From Chrysomallon squamiferum (lineage: Eukaryota; Animalia; Mollusca), in NCBI GenBank assembly GCA_012295275.1, contig CM022672.1, positions 31,434,001-31,498,000 on the forward strand: DNA of 64,000 nt, read 5' to 3'. Within the stretch, counting starts at the first letter, position 1; every line of letters begins with the position of its first letter. Shown piece by piece: positions 1-16,151 of this stretch. A program made the translations under genes and the position numbers. The notes beneath the pieces are model-generated. The model made no database searches, was not told where the DNA came from, and saw nothing but the letters and a program-made list of their open reading frames with translations.

Positions 1-845
1 AATGACCACCTCGACGATGCTGATGATGTATGTGCACGATGACTACTTTAGCACGTGTAATAAAGTGATACTTCACAGCTACTTCAAAAACATAAATTAA
101 AATGTCGTGCGCGCGCGCGCTGATGAATTAACAGCGCCACCTGTTTTGTTTTATCTAACTCTTCCTGTCTTTTGTTACAAACGCAGATGTGATCTGCAGG
201 GGAAAAAAAAAAAAAAAAAAAAATAAAAATAAAAATAAAAAAATAACTGTCCTGTACGATAATAATTTGTGAGTATGATTAATACTGGTTTCTGCAGCTT
301 GAAAAGCATTTTTATAAAAAAAAAGAAAAAGAAATTACAATTACTATTTGATTCTTAAGTCGGCGAGAGGGAGAGAGAGAGCTGGGAAAATTCTTATTAG
401 TGTACAAGTATGATTAATGTTGGGTCATCTGCTTCTGGATAAAAAAAAAAAAAAAAAAAAAAAAATGGAAATGAAAGAATTAGAAAAGAAAAAACGAAAA
501 AAGATAAGGAAAGAAAAAATAATAACCATTAGTCGTTCAGTAGGTAAAAAAATGAAAAATCTTTACAGTATGTGAATGATGTATTTTTTTTTTTTTTTTT
601 TTTTTTGTAAAAAAGTTAATTTGAATAACATATTAGTCGGTTTAGTCTTTTTTTCTTTTTCTGTTTTTTCTTTTTATCTTTTTTTTTTTTTTTTTTTTTC
701 TGTTATTAATGTTATTGTGATTGTATGCTTCTTATTATTTTATTCATTAATATGTCATTGCTTGTTACTGTTTATTATTATTGTTATGCTTATTATTATT
801 TTTATTTATTATTGTTGTAAAATTATTATCGTATTATTGTTGTTG

Positions 846-884
<39 letters not shown>

Positions 885-896
885 TTATTATTATTA

Positions 897-1021
<125 letters not shown>

Positions 1022-1040
1022 GTTATTATTATTGTTGTTG

Positions 1041-1075
<35 letters not shown>

Positions 1076-1245
1076 GTTGTTGTTTTGGTGTTGTCGTTAC
1101 TTTTACTGCTGCTATGAAGATGATGAATATTCGTTATTTTCGATGTCGTTGTCGTTTTGATATTGTCAAAACAGTTCCCAAAAATATAATAATGATTAAT
1201 TCAAAATTGTCTTTTTTCAGTTTCGTACTTTGTATTATTAATCAT

Positions 1246-1276
<31 letters not shown>

Positions 1277-1284
1277 TTAATCAT

Positions 1285-1315
<31 letters not shown>

Positions 1316-1553
1316 TACATTTATTAGTTCCTCTTTTAATTCTAGTTTTATAAGGAGCACACGACAATTTTTACAATCACAGTATTTTTTTTTTTTAATA
1401 ATACCATTTCTCTGCAAGATTAAAACTTTCTACGCGAAGAACAAAAAGTCCGGAGGGGGAGGGGGAGGGGGAGGGGGTGCGTTGACTATTATTAAGCGAA
1501 CACCGTCGTAAAATGAAGTTCAGACGACTTGTGTTGAGTTGAAGAAGAAGAAG

Positions 1554-1584
<31 letters not shown>

Positions 1585-1957
1585 GCTTTTTGGCTTTGGA
1601 ATAAAATTCATTCGGGGGTGGGTGGGGGGAGAGAGGGGTCAAAGATTCGTGTGACCTTTCCGCGCCTCGAACCAAAAAAAAAAAAAAAAAAGTTCTCTCC
1701 CTTGAGAGCGAGCGACAGAAGCCAGTTACCGTTTTCTGTGTCGACATGGCGAAAAATATTTATGAGGACCAAATGCTCTTGAGCGATTCCTTTTATCAAA
1801 TTTCGGTAACGTTTGGCGATTATCGTCCGGCTTCTTGAAGACTCCAATAACTGCGCTCGCACCACTTGAAATTCGTTGCCTAATAGGCAGGTTGCTTTAT
1901 TAATTATTCATTCCCATCCAATGAATGCGAAATACAATAGACAGAGAGAGAGAGAGA

Positions 1958-1993
<36 letters not shown>

Positions 1994-2226
1994 AGTCTTT
2001 AACAAATTACGCCAGTCTTTTGTAAAGCTCGCCAAAGATTTGAGTCGCCATTGTGCAACAACTGCCGTCACACGAGAAAGATTAGTTTCACAACGAGGCT
2101 ACAGTTCTGCCATTGTGTGACGTCACAAATCCACAACTGTTTAACTTCTTGTGATTTTTTTTTTCTTTTCTTTCTTTTTTTTCTCCTGTATTAGAAGTTC
2201 GGCTGAAAATTAATTCGGCTGAAAAC

Positions 2227-2315
<89 letters not shown>

Positions 2316-2594
2316 GTATGAGTGTGTGTATATATATAAAGATCAATATTAATGAATTTCTTTTTCTTTCTTTCTTTCTTTCTTTCTTTCTCTCAATTTT
2401 TATTATTTATTTATTTATTTATTTGTTTGTTTATTTTGTGTCTCTGAATATACGATAATACAAAATGAAATCAGTTTGATCTTCAGTCTCATAAGAATTG
2501 TTTCACATACATGTTAATTCTTCATAGTTTTAACAGTTGTTTTCAGTCTTGAAAGATCATTTTTAAAAATGGTTTTAATTTTTTGAAAATAACA

Positions 2595-2810
2595 GGCGAA
2601 TTCGTCTTATTCAAGAACTATTTTGTTTTGATGTAAGCTAAAAAAATTTAAAACGATTTTCATTTTTTTTAAAAATAATAAACAGTCTTCTTATTCAAGA
2701 ACTATTTTGTTTTGATGTAAGCGATATTTTTAAAAAATGAGGATTTCATTTTTTTTAAATAACAGACGAATTCGTCTTATTCAAGAACTATTTTGTTTTG
2801 ATGTAAGCGA
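2595..2810. repeat. Three tandem ~85-bp units sharing (ttcg)tcttattcaagaactattttgttttgatgtaagc
   Basis: Near-identical core seen at ~2601, ~2688 and ~2771. Confidence 0.8.
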
Positions 2811-3437
2811 CAACAATACCAAAACGCGTGAACCTACCAGTGTGGTGAGCGGTGATTTTCATAAAAACGAAACAGTTAATTTAATTTTAGTTTTTATAAT
2901 ATTCATTCCTGCTGGATAAAAGTTTCAGAACGATTCTATCGTCTTAAGACATTAGTTACATCTGTTCTTCGCAATTTGACAGGATGGCGCTGCACCTTAA
3001 AGCTGGAACCAGTTCACCATTCCTGTAATTATTAAACAAACACACGTGATTACAGACTCCTTTTGCTTGTTGTTGCTGTTGCACTTGTCATCATGTTTAA
3101 TACATCTTTACTTTATTTTTATTATTTTACTTCTTTCCTCTTTTGCTTTCTCTCTATATCTATATCTATATCTATATCTATCTATCTATCTATCTATCTA
3201 TCTGTCTGTCTGTCTGTCTGTCTGTCTATTTGTCTGTCTGTCTGTCTCTCTATCAGTCTCTTTTTCTCTTTGTTTCTCTTATGATTTTTGACACAATCGA
3301 AAAGTTAAGTCAATATTCACAGTTACTTAATTTTTCAAACACATTTCAATATAAGATTTTCCAGTCGTGTAGTCAGTGCTTGCTAATCATCGTTAGGCAA
3401 ATAGGAACAAAAATAAATAGAAATAGAAAAAGAAAGG

Positions 3438-3875
<438 letters not shown>

Positions 3876-4600
3876 CTGACAGACCCACTGTCGTACGCAC
3901 GAACATTCACAAATAACTGCAGATACTAAACTGAGCTTGTTTAAAAAAATACGTCCATTATTTCGAAACAGTCGGCTTAGAAATACGGTTTAAAGATAAT
4001 GAGAGGAAACATCTCAAGTTGTCTCTAATATTTGCCGAAGGGCGACAATATTCCTGTGCGGGTGAAAGATATAACGCGGCAATTTTTCAGAGCGAGTAAC
4101 AGTAGAAAATAAAATGTCACCTAGCCAACAATGGAGCTGGTATCAACATCGCTCTACGTCATCATTCTTTCATAAATCGCTCGCGCAGTTCGGCGCGCTG
4201 ACAGTCGGGTAAACAGACACCGCGAACAGACCCTACCAATCGATAAAGATTGTTGACGATCGTGACAGATCTTCAAACATAAATTCAAAAGACGCCTGCA
4301 TTTCTCTCATTAATCATTATCTGACTCATAAGCTTACATATCTCAGAACGGCAGAGTTATGCGCTGTTCTTTCAGCTCTCCGGTCGTATAAAAGTTTACG
4401 AGGCGATACCGTACACAGTGAATATTGCCCCCAACCATACTTAACTTTCGCAAATCGAACATTTATCATTTTAATTTTGTTATATTGCGCGCGTTCGCAG
4501 TCGTGATCTGGGAATATGGTTTCCCTGCTTGAAATGGTGGCTTTTTACGACGCTAAATTTATCCAAAGCAATTTTTAGTGACTTTCCGAAATTTCAACAG

Positions 4601-4642
<42 letters not shown>

Positions 4643-4933
4643 AAGAATAAAAAGAAGAAGAAGAAAAAATTAAGAATAATATTCAAGCCAACGTTCGAAA
4701 TAGTTAATTAAATCAGAAATTATTTTTACTAATTTTATTTTCAATTATTATAATGTGCGAAATAAAGTAAGATAATGTTATTAATTTATTAATTTCAGAT
4801 ACACAATATCTGGTGTTTATAAAGTTGTATGTGTATGTGTCTGTGTGTGTTTATGTATGTGTGTATTTATACATGTATAAACTTACATAAATACTTTTAC
4901 CATATCCAGCATATAATACACATAATTATAAAC

Positions 4934-5025
<92 letters not shown>

Positions 5026-5355
5026 ATTATTAATTGCTTGCTTTGTTTTTGATGACGTACAGGTTCATGTGTGCTATACCAGAATGCACTACATTACATT
5101 TTCCGGTAGTTAAAGTGATAAAAGCAACATAAAATGCGTGTTCTAAGTCGTGGAAATATACAGATATATATAATATTTAAGTACATTAATTTCATGATTT
5201 GCAAATCCGATTCTAGAGAATCAAAATGGCCGATTTATGTAAAACAAAGGAAATGACACCATGTGAAAACATAGGAAGTGACGTCACATGAAAATAAACA
5301 ATTAGCGAATCATAAAGAGCCCTTTTATATAAAACAAACAATGTCTATTATTTTT

Positions 5356-5435
<80 letters not shown>

Positions 5436-5815
5436 ACTTTATTTTTTTTTTTAATTTTTTTTTTTTACTATTTAATTTCTCAGAATATACGATATTACAA
5501 ATAAATACAATCTGAAACGTGTTTCATCTCCTGTCTCATGGGAGTTATGTAATCTACGTATTACTTCAGAGCTGAGGGAATTATTAAATCTTTACTTATC
5601 TGATTACGTTTAGACCTCAGTGTTCAAACCGAAGTGTTAAAATCAGTTTTGTTAATTTCTCTATTTGTTTTGTCTCGGGTGACGACAGTAATTATTTAAA
5701 TATGTGACAAATACGAATTTTATGTCTTTATTGATAGGTCTCACTGGGTTAGTGATGATGTCGATGATGACGACGATGATGATGATGATGATAATGAATA
5801 ATACTAAATAGTGAT

Positions 5816-5882
<67 letters not shown>

Positions 5883-5911
5883 AATATTAAGATTTCTAAT
5901 GAGATTAATTC

Positions 5912-6002
<91 letters not shown>

Positions 6003-6534
6003 AGATCATGTTATTACATGCTCTGTGATAAATTCACGAACTGATATTCTTTCATTTTTAATACAACTTAATCCGGGCACAGGTGCTATACACAGCCTCG
6101 AGTTTTCTCTTTCAAGTGAGATATTTGTTCCGTTAGACTCATTATTATTTCAAACAAGGACAAAACTCGCTTGATCCCGGCCAGGATAGCTTTATATGCT
6201 GTTTTTCTACCTGACTGCACGGAGCTACGTTGTCTTGAGATGATGGCTATCTTTGTAATGGGAGATTAAAATAATGACAAAACGAAAGAGATTTAGCCTT
6301 TCTGGGATCAAAGAAAGAAAGAAAAAAAAAAAAAAAAAAAAAAAAAATGAAAGCATTATCTTTGATTAGTCTCTGTGTGGGGTGGGGGAAAAGAGCGGAG
6401 AAAAAAAAAAGAAAAAAAAAAAAGAAGAAAAAATAATTTGCTTTTTCTGTGATTAAAGTTTGTGTATACCTTGATACGTTCTTTACAAAATGAATCTTTT
6501 CGTTACTGAATTAAGATTATTATTATTATTATTA

Positions 6535-6565
<31 letters not shown>

Positions 6566-7273
6566 CCATTTTGTTTTTATTATTAATATTATTGTTATTC
6601 TTAGTGTTATTATTATCCATTTTGTTATTGTTATTATTATTATTATATGTTTTTCTATTAATAAGCTTTATAATCAATAGAACATGCAGTGAATAACGAT
6701 TCAAAAAATAGTTTAAATCGAATGAACTAACAATAAAATTAATAATAATAATAATAATAATAACAATAATAATAAATAATAATAACAACAACAACAACAA
6801 TAACAATAATAGTAATAATAACAAAAACAACAATAATAATAACAATAATAACAATAGATTATACAGAAAATAAATACAGATTAATCTAATATTAAAATAA
6901 CAATAAAAATAAATATTTGATAGGATGTTGCTTCGTTCTGTATTTGCGGTTTGAACAAAGAGCACCGCCATCTTTGATCCAGGAAAACAATGTAACAATA
7001 CATTTATCATTTTCATTAATAATTTAGAACTAAATAAATCTTTCGTCGTAGCTATAAATCAAGAATACAGCAAAAATGTATTTTGAGATTTGTTATGAGT
7101 AATCTGTTACAAAATAATGATGATGATGATGATGATAATCGTAATCATTCACTAATGTTGCTGCAAAAGAAGATTTTAAAAAATCCCGTGGAAGAATATG
7201 GAGCGAAAAATGCATTGTAAAACAGATGTAATATAACAAGCATCAATCACAGTTACTACTACTACTACTACTG

Positions 7274-7324
<51 letters not shown>

Positions 7325-7603
7325 TTGCTACTGCTGCTACTATATTAATATTGCTATTACTACTAACACTACTACTACTGCTGCTACTACTACAACTACT
7401 ATCACTACTACTACTACGACGACTACTACTACTACTACTACTACTACTACTGCTACTACTAATAATGAGGATGAGGATTATGATGATGTCACTACTGATG
7501 ATACTGACGATGACGATAATAATACTAATAATAATACTAGTAACAATAATAGTAATAATGAGGGATGATAATAATGATGATAATAATAATAATAATAATA
7601 ATG

Positions 7604-7637
<34 letters not shown>

Positions 7638-7654
7638 TGATGATGATGATGATG

Positions 7655-7718
<64 letters not shown>

Positions 7719-8382
7719 TAATCACTCAACCGTATTTTAAAATTACATAAATGAATCAAAAAATAATAACAGTAATTATCAACGCTAAAAACAAGAATTT
7801 AAAAAAAAGAAATAAGAAGAAGAAGAAGAAGAAAAAGATGACGTATTAGGAGGGAAATATTAAAAGTATGTTAACCATCTGTTAAGTGCGCCGCCTACCG
7901 GAGAGTTTCGAAAGGAAAGATAATTATAGGTCTGTTCCGTATTTCAACGCCTTAATTATGCACGTGCTTGGATACGAGCCGCTTAAAACAAGGAATAAAT
8001 TGTGGGCTGAATTAATACGCTGCAATTTGAAAAATAAATCTTCTCTGGGTTATATTCGCAGCAATGTAACAGTTGTGACCAAAAATATGTTGATTAATAG
8101 AAAATATTCGTCAGGACTAGAAGTCGAGAGTTATTTACGGACATAAAGGATAAATGCTAGAACAATAATAACAAAAATAACAAAAAATAACAAAAATAAC
8201 AATAACAAACGACGGCAGAAGCAAAAGCGGAAATAATTTTTCAACAGTAATAATAATAAAATGAATAATGAAATATTAACGATGATAATAACGGCAATAG
8301 AACTGATAATAATAATAATAATAATAATAAATAAAAATTTATCAGCCGGGGAAACGGCAAAAATGTTGGATAAATAATAAAA

Positions 8383-8417
<35 letters not shown>

Positions 8418-8803
8418 ACATCATTCATTCTATTTAGATTCAAATGGAGAAACAGAAAATAAAATAGGAAATATGCTTACACAATGCGATATTAACAATT
8501 ATCTCGTAATATTGATTGCTGTTGATGTGCAATGTTGTAATTCTTATGACCTGTACTGTTACATAATTCAACAATAAACTAACTCATTCATTTTCAATAT
8601 TCATTAAGCACTTCGAAAATTATTTTATTTTATCCGCATGATCATTATCACAGACATCATTATTATCATCATCATCATCATTATTACTACTACTACTACT
8701 ACTACTACTGCAACAACTACGGCGCCTATTGCTATTTTTATTACTCTACAAATGTGGATTGTTGTTGTCGCTGCCGTAGATTATGTACACAAATTTATTA
8801 CAT

Positions 8804-8864
<61 letters not shown>

Positions 8865-9041
8865 TGTAACAGTAGCAGTAGTAGTAGTAGTTGTAGTAAC
8901 AATGGTAGTAGTAGTAGTAGTTGTAGTAACAGTGGTAGTAGTAGTAGTAGTTGTAGTAACAGTGGTAGTAGTAGTAGTAGTTGTAGTAACAGTGGTAGTA
9001 GTAGTAGTAGCAGTTGTAGTAACAGTGGTAGTAGTAGAAGA

Positions 9042-9090
<49 letters not shown>

Positions 9091-9847
9091 ATGGCAGTAT
9101 TAGCTGTAGTGTTTATATCAGTGTGAACAGATTTGCTTTGACTGCTTTAATATACAAGTTCGTTTTCGTTGTTCATTTAGCAACTCGGAAAAGCTGTCTG
9201 TCGCGAAAGTCGAGTGTTTACGTCACAACTGTCGTCTGCCTGGAAATGGATGGAATGTTGATAGTGCATTGTTAAATAGGCGCGTCTATTGTGTCAGCGA
9301 TCAGGCTCGGCGGAACTCACTCCGAGGCGAACCCGTTAAAAACATTAACCGCTCCCAAAAGCACCTGGGTTCCACCATTCAGTGCGGCTGTGATCCGAAT
9401 TTGATCAGCTTAATATATGGAGCCTAATGAAATTTAACGTGCTATTCAGTGCCTTCTGGTTTCAGAAAAGATCTTACTCCGCAAGCAATCAAGTTAATGC
9501 GTTTAAACTACCGCTTGGGGACGAGGAATTCCCGCGCGATGTCAATATTCCCGCCGTTTAACGTAAAATCGCGCGCTTCCTACCAAATGGATGAAATGGC
9601 GGGAAATATTACGCTGGCAGCAGACGACACGTATTAGATCAGATGACTTATTGGCGGCTCCGATGTCACAGTAAGGTGATCGCTCGTGAAAATATTAAAA
9701 ATACATCCGCACAGGATGCTGTTTTGAAAAAAAATAAAAAAAAAAAAAAAAAAAAAATAAAAAGAAAGAAAGAAAGAAAGAAAAATCCGCTTAAATTTTT
9801 TATCCGGGAACAATTGGAACTTTTTTTCAACACTACTTTTATTATTT

Positions 9848-9936
<89 letters not shown>

Positions 9937-10072
9937 TGTTGTTGTTGTTGTTATTATTATTATTTTAAATTATAATTTTTTTAAATTTTATTTTATTTTC
10001 CATGTAATCAGTCTCATTGAGTATAAATTTCCAGTTTTAAAACATATACGTCTGTTTCATTAAAATAGTTAC

Positions 10073-10165
<93 letters not shown>

Positions 10166-10482
10166 GTCGGTCGCAAACTCACGTAATCGTGTGTGAATAA
10201 TAAAAACAAATCGACAGTTCTCTCTTTATTGACTGGGATATGAAATATATCCGTTATTTTTTTTTTTTTCTTCCTGCCAGTACGTCGATCACGTGACCTG
10301 CCTCTCACAGTCGCCGATCACGCCATGTCTCTCTATATTCGGAGAGAAATCGAATCCCAAAATGCAGTAAACTTATAAATAATGCATTAACGACATCTCT
10401 AAAGGCCGCATTTCGGAGCGTTTCCTGGTCAGCCAACCGTGTAAGGACGATCATTCTGCCATCGGTTTGTACCTCACTTTGG

Positions 10483-10513
<31 letters not shown>

Positions 10514-12489
10514 CCCAGTTTCTCGTCAATTATTTACTCCTGATGGGCAAAACAACGACAACGCGCCGATGAAGACGATAGGAACCTTCAAAGAGGCTCG
10601 GCGCCTTGGGAAATCAACAAATAGTGCAAAAATTGAAAACTGCCAGCGTACAGCGAGACGTATAAAACTCCACTCAATTGAGTTGATTGAACGAGCGCTA
10701 AAAATGTACGTCGGAGGAGGACGAGATATTGCTGCTGCTGCCGCTGACGTTGTCGAACGACGACAGAAACTCTGTGATGTGTGACACACTTCAAACCGAG
10801 GCAGCCCGCGAAAAAGGCGTTTCGCTACAAGTTTGGTGTGTTTAGCAGACAAAATCCCCCCCCCCCCCAAAAAAAGATGCTTTTAGTTTATTGCCTTCGT
10901 GTGTTCACGACAACGTCTTTGACAATCAGAGGAATAATAGTTGTAGCATCAACAGTGCCGTCGTCGATGATCATTGTTATTGTTCATCATCATCATCATC
11001 ATCGCCGTCATCAGACCAAACTTAACATGTACACCATTAGTGTTATTATTTTCTATTTTATGTGATAATAAGAATAATAAGAATAAGAATAAGAATAATA
11101 AGAAGAGTAACATAACAACAACAACAACTGCAACAACAACAACAAACAAGACATTATCAATAAATGAATCTCTGTCTGTCTGTCTATCTATTTATCTATT
11201 TATGTATCTATGTATGTATGTATGTATGTATCTATCTATCTGTTTATATACCCGTCTGTCTGTCTGTCTATATAATCTATCTGCACGCCTTTCTAACGAG
11301 TTATCTCTATCTATATGTCTATCTATCTATCTGTCATTAAAAGACCAAACGAATGTAATTATTTATATAATTATATAAAATTATATTTTTAATTTTTTTG
11401 AACGGTAACATAACTATATCGATTAATAGATAGTTAGGTAGACAGACAGACTGATAGACTGGCAGCAGACAGACAGATAGAGAGATAGATATATATACAT
11501 AATAGAAAGACAGACAGAGAGACGGAAAGATACACAGAATGACAGACAGGTAGGTAGGTACAAAGCTAGACAGAAGCGAAGGATAAAAATTTGCACATTA
11601 CATTATCTTTGTTTTTAATTGTAAAATGGCAAAGACGTATATTTCCATTTATCTTCGAGATGAAAAAGAACGTACTAAATAATCTGTATTTTATTTTGAA
11701 AGGTTTTTGTGTTGTTTATACAACTTTATTGATTTATAAAAAAGGATATATATAATTCCGGCAGCGCTATGGAAAGTAGTATTATCCTTGCTTGACCTAA
11801 ATTACTTACCTCGCCTATTGCGATTTATTTGTTTATTTATAAGAAACTAGGAAACAAATTGTAGTCTTCTGCTCTCTTCTTTCTTTCTTTCTTATTATTA
11901 TTATTATTATTTTTATTATTATTACATTTTCCACAAAACTACAGATTAATGTTTTAGGTAAAAGAAATTTTCGTAATATTATTAATTGTTTCTTTTTTTT
12001 ATATATATATTAGAATTTATAAATTATTATTATTATTATTACTGTTACTGTCGTTAATAATAATAATAATAACGTTATTATGATTATGATTATTATTATT
12101 ATTATTTTAATGCGAAATACACCTTGTTTCTAAACACATTACAATCTCAATAACAACAGTTCATCCGATATAACATTACCGGCGATTTATTATATTTATT
12201 TAATTACTTATTTATAATGTTCATTTAGGGCCAATACTCCGAGGAGAGCATAAACCTTACACACTTTGCCTGCGTTATTATTTATTTATTTGATTATTAA
12301 AATTATATAGAGCAAGTTGTTTTTTTGTATTTGGCGACATATACTTTGATAAATCTGTTAGTATCAGATTTCTCAGTTGCCACACTTCACTGATGTTTTG
12401 TAATCTGTTTAACAAAATTGTCAGAAAACACCCAGTACTTTACAGATTTTCATTTTTTTTTTTTTTTTTTTTTTTTCTGTTACATTTTT

Positions 12490-13198
12490 CACTGTCGCAC
12501 GAGCTAGCCACCGAAACCGGTTTGGTTTGGTTAGAGAGTAGCGCGGGCGCGTGACCTGCACTCGAAACGTATTAATGACAACAAAACAAGTCTTTACGGT
12601 AACGACGCTTTTCGATGACGTTTTGTGGACAGTTGTGCACGAGGCACAATGCAACTTGACAAATCGGACTGCCGTGAAATCAGAGTGTTTCCTCTTTCTC
12701 ATTGTGTGGAAATGTTTGTCAAGCAAACATCCCATAAATCGCAAAAACTCTGCCTACAAAGGTTGGTGTTTTAATATGCACACAATCAACTTCCAGCTAA
12801 TCGTCTGCTAGCGCACGCGCTCCGATTTCATCTACTCTAAAATTATGGACAAATGAATGGTCAGTCTTTGGAAGACGAGGTATTTAGTGACCAGACGCTG
12901 GACACACAGCGCCGACTTTTGTAGCGCAGAATGACCGTACCGTTTGTGAGGTATCTTCCATCTGAGGTGCAATACCATTGTTGTTCGAGATTAATCGATA
13001 CCGGGGGTCATGAATATTAAATAATAAGCTCACGTGACTTCCAAGACCAAAGATATCACGAATGGTTGGACGGGCGAAAACGGCATGACACCGGCTATTA
13101 AGAATTGGGTCCTTCGCAGAAATTTCAAAATTGTAATCTAGCGGTAAGGAAAAGTCGGAAAAAGTTCGAGATTTTTACTCCGTCGTCTGCTAACAATA
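12490..13198 (+). promoter_or_regulatory. Putative distal promoter/5' UTR of Lhx3/4 isoform a
   Basis: Repeat-free CpG-containing island directly upstream of the ATG at 13199, with an Inr-like TCAGTC at 12861. The TSS is inferred only. Confidence 0.5.
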
Positions 13199-13307
13199 AT
13201 GACAAGCCATGACGTCTGCTCACAGCGCCCGGGACATAGTTCGAGTGGTCCACTGAGCCCTCCTGCTTCTCTGGCCGACATGATTAGCAGAAATAAGTTT
13301 CTCGAAG
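13199..13307 (+). CDS. Lhx3/4: Lhx3/4 alternative first coding exon 1a (MTSHDVCSQRPGHSSSGPLSPPASLADMISRNKFLE+G)
   Basis: ataATG, 36 open codons + 1 nt, donor GAAG|gtaatg. Phase 1 matches the LIM1 exon acceptor at 30984. A second in-frame ATG lies at 13280. Confidence 0.7.
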
Positions 13308-13778
13308 GTAATGTGTTTTAATTTATTCGTTTGTTGTTCCTTTTTATTGAACGATTCTATCCGTCTGGTAAAAGAGTGTTATTAAAATTTGCATTATTGC
13401 AATAGAGACAAATTAATGGGCGGCGCGTGCGTTTTTCAGTCGGAGGCGCAACGAAACCTATTAGACTGATTGTTTTCATGTAATTACGTTCAAGAGCAAA
13501 CAGTCAAATAATATTTTGTATTAAAAGTACATGAAGCAAGAAGATTTGATTTGCGCAAATTGGCGACCCCATTTATTTTACTGATTTGATCTGGGACCTA
13601 AAATTCAATATGAGTCCCCGAGTTGTCGCACTTCGAAATGATACCTTCCATCTATTACCATAAATCCCAAACACTTTCTACTTTATTAGATTTGTCAAAT
13701 AGTACACACGATTGTTTTATTTCTTTTTCACCTTCACGTTTCGTTATTTAAAATTAGATTTCGTATCAAAAATTAAAT

Positions 13779-13809
<31 letters not shown>

Positions 13810-13856
13810 TCTGATTATTAATCAGTTTTTCTTTTATTTGTTGTTATTGTTATTGC

Positions 13857-13926
<70 letters not shown>

Positions 13927-15563
13927 GAAATTTACTAATAGATAATAATTACTACATATCTTTTTTTTTTTTTTTAAAACCCTTTTACCAAAAATTCTTC
14001 CGATTTAACTTCAGTGTCGAAATATTTCTTATTTAATTACTGAACCGGTTAATTCATTTTTTTTTTTTTTTTATCTTTTTTTTTTTTTTATCATTCTCCA
14101 GTTTAGATCTCACAATTCGAAATTAATATTAATAACAATTGAAAAAAAAAAAATAAAATACAAAACAGAAATACGAAATTTATTATTTATAAGAAAACGA
14201 ATTAAATTATTGCAAATATCGCCTTAACGGGTTATAATTAAAAGAGATAATACAAATGAAAAATTAAAATTAAAAATTATAAAAAGAAACAAAAACAAAA
14301 TTTGAATTACAGAAAGGTTAATGTTAATCAAACTGACATAATTACGACTCTATGCGTTTGATTAATAACTCATTTATGATTACATAATTTCTGTTTTAAT
14401 TATTATTTTGTATTTTACTTATTAATTATATTATTTAGTTACTTATTTAATTTACTTATTGCTTAATTTCATTTATTAATTTTTTCGTTGCGGTTGTTCA
14501 TTATATGTTTCACAAATAAAATTTACTGAAATAATATTTGGTTAGAAATTAGTTATTTCTGCTTCGAAAATGTTTAAAGGAAATAATTTAGTTTAATTTT
14601 CTATATTTGTATATCCAAACTATGAGGATTATTTTAAATAAGTTTAAAAAACAATTATTATTAAACAAAGCCTGAATTAAAAAACACTCTTATATTTTTC
14701 TTTCTTTCTTTCTATTTTCTTTGTTTGTTTCTATTTTTCTTTCTTTCGTTTTTTATTTTTTATTTTTTGTTTGTTAGGTCCTTTATTTATTTATTTATTT
14801 ATCTATCTATTTATTGCGATAGTTAGTTCAGTACATTTTTGTAGTTGTTTATATATTATGTTGCATAAATATTATTTCTATTTTTTGTTTTCTCCTTTTT
14901 TCACTGAAGGTTATAATTTATTAATGAACCGCTAATTTATTTATTTATTTTTATTTTGCGCCCTCGTTATGTATCATAAACATTTAATTTATTTTCTTAC
15001 TTATTTAATTTGTTTTTTGATTACAATAAACATTTTTATAATTAAAACTATTCTTATTAGTACAGATTGAAAATGATTATTGATATTAAAGAATTAGCTG
15101 CAAATGAACATCTCTCGAATGCATTAAATTTCGAAATATTTTTTATTATTATTATTATTTTAAATTTTCATTATTCTTCTCAACTCTTATTGTACACAGA
15201 CATTGAAATACTAGAAAACAGCTGAACAGATTTAATTATGAATTATTTTATTTTATTAATTAGATACATGCAACCTAAATTTTATATGTGCGTGCATGGT
15301 GGTTTTTTGTTTTTGTTGTTGTCGTTTTTCCCCAGAAATCTGCCTGTTATGATATATTTAGATATATAATAATATATATATATATATGTGGAATTGTAAT
15401 TATTCGTTCATATTATATTAATTGTAATCAAGTATTTTAATACTTTAATTATTCCCGTTTAAGCTAGCGCGTTGCAAATATAATATTTTGTTTAACAATG
15501 CGAAGAATTATATGAAAAATCACACTGCAGAAATTTTTTTAATAAATCACCAAAAAAACAAAC

Positions 15564-15638
<75 letters not shown>

Positions 15639-16119
15639 ATAAAAAAATCAATGCAAAAGAAAAAAAAAATCATTTAAGCTGAGAGCTAGTGATGAGAAAA
15701 TCGCATAAACAGCTTACAGTCATCCCGATATCTTTTGGACAGGTGCGCAGGTGCGAACTACCGTTATTCAGAACTTTCCTTTCATGTCTATCGCCTCAGG
15801 TAAATTTATTAGGCTTTTACACCTGTGTTTTACGTCATGCGTGACGAATGCGCACGGACCAACATCTGGTTTGTCAACGGCACGTGCACCGACATTAATA
15901 ATTTAGTTTCTGAATATAAAATCAAATTTCTTTTTCACGAAGTTACGTGAGGAAAGATAAATTTGAAAGGAAGGAAATCATTTTCCTGAAATGGCATCAA
16001 CTTTTATTATTATTTAAAATTCATTGTGTTGAAAAGGCGTGAATTATTATCTTTAATTTCCTTTTCTTTAAAAGAAAATCTCAGAATGATTTTGTGCACT
16101 GTTGTTGTTGTTATTATTA

Positions 16120-16151
<32 letters not shown>

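Noticed and set aside
132-143. CTCF-like CAGGTGGCGCTG on the - strand
   Set aside because: It lacks the 5' CC part of the core motif, and a single partial match is not enough.
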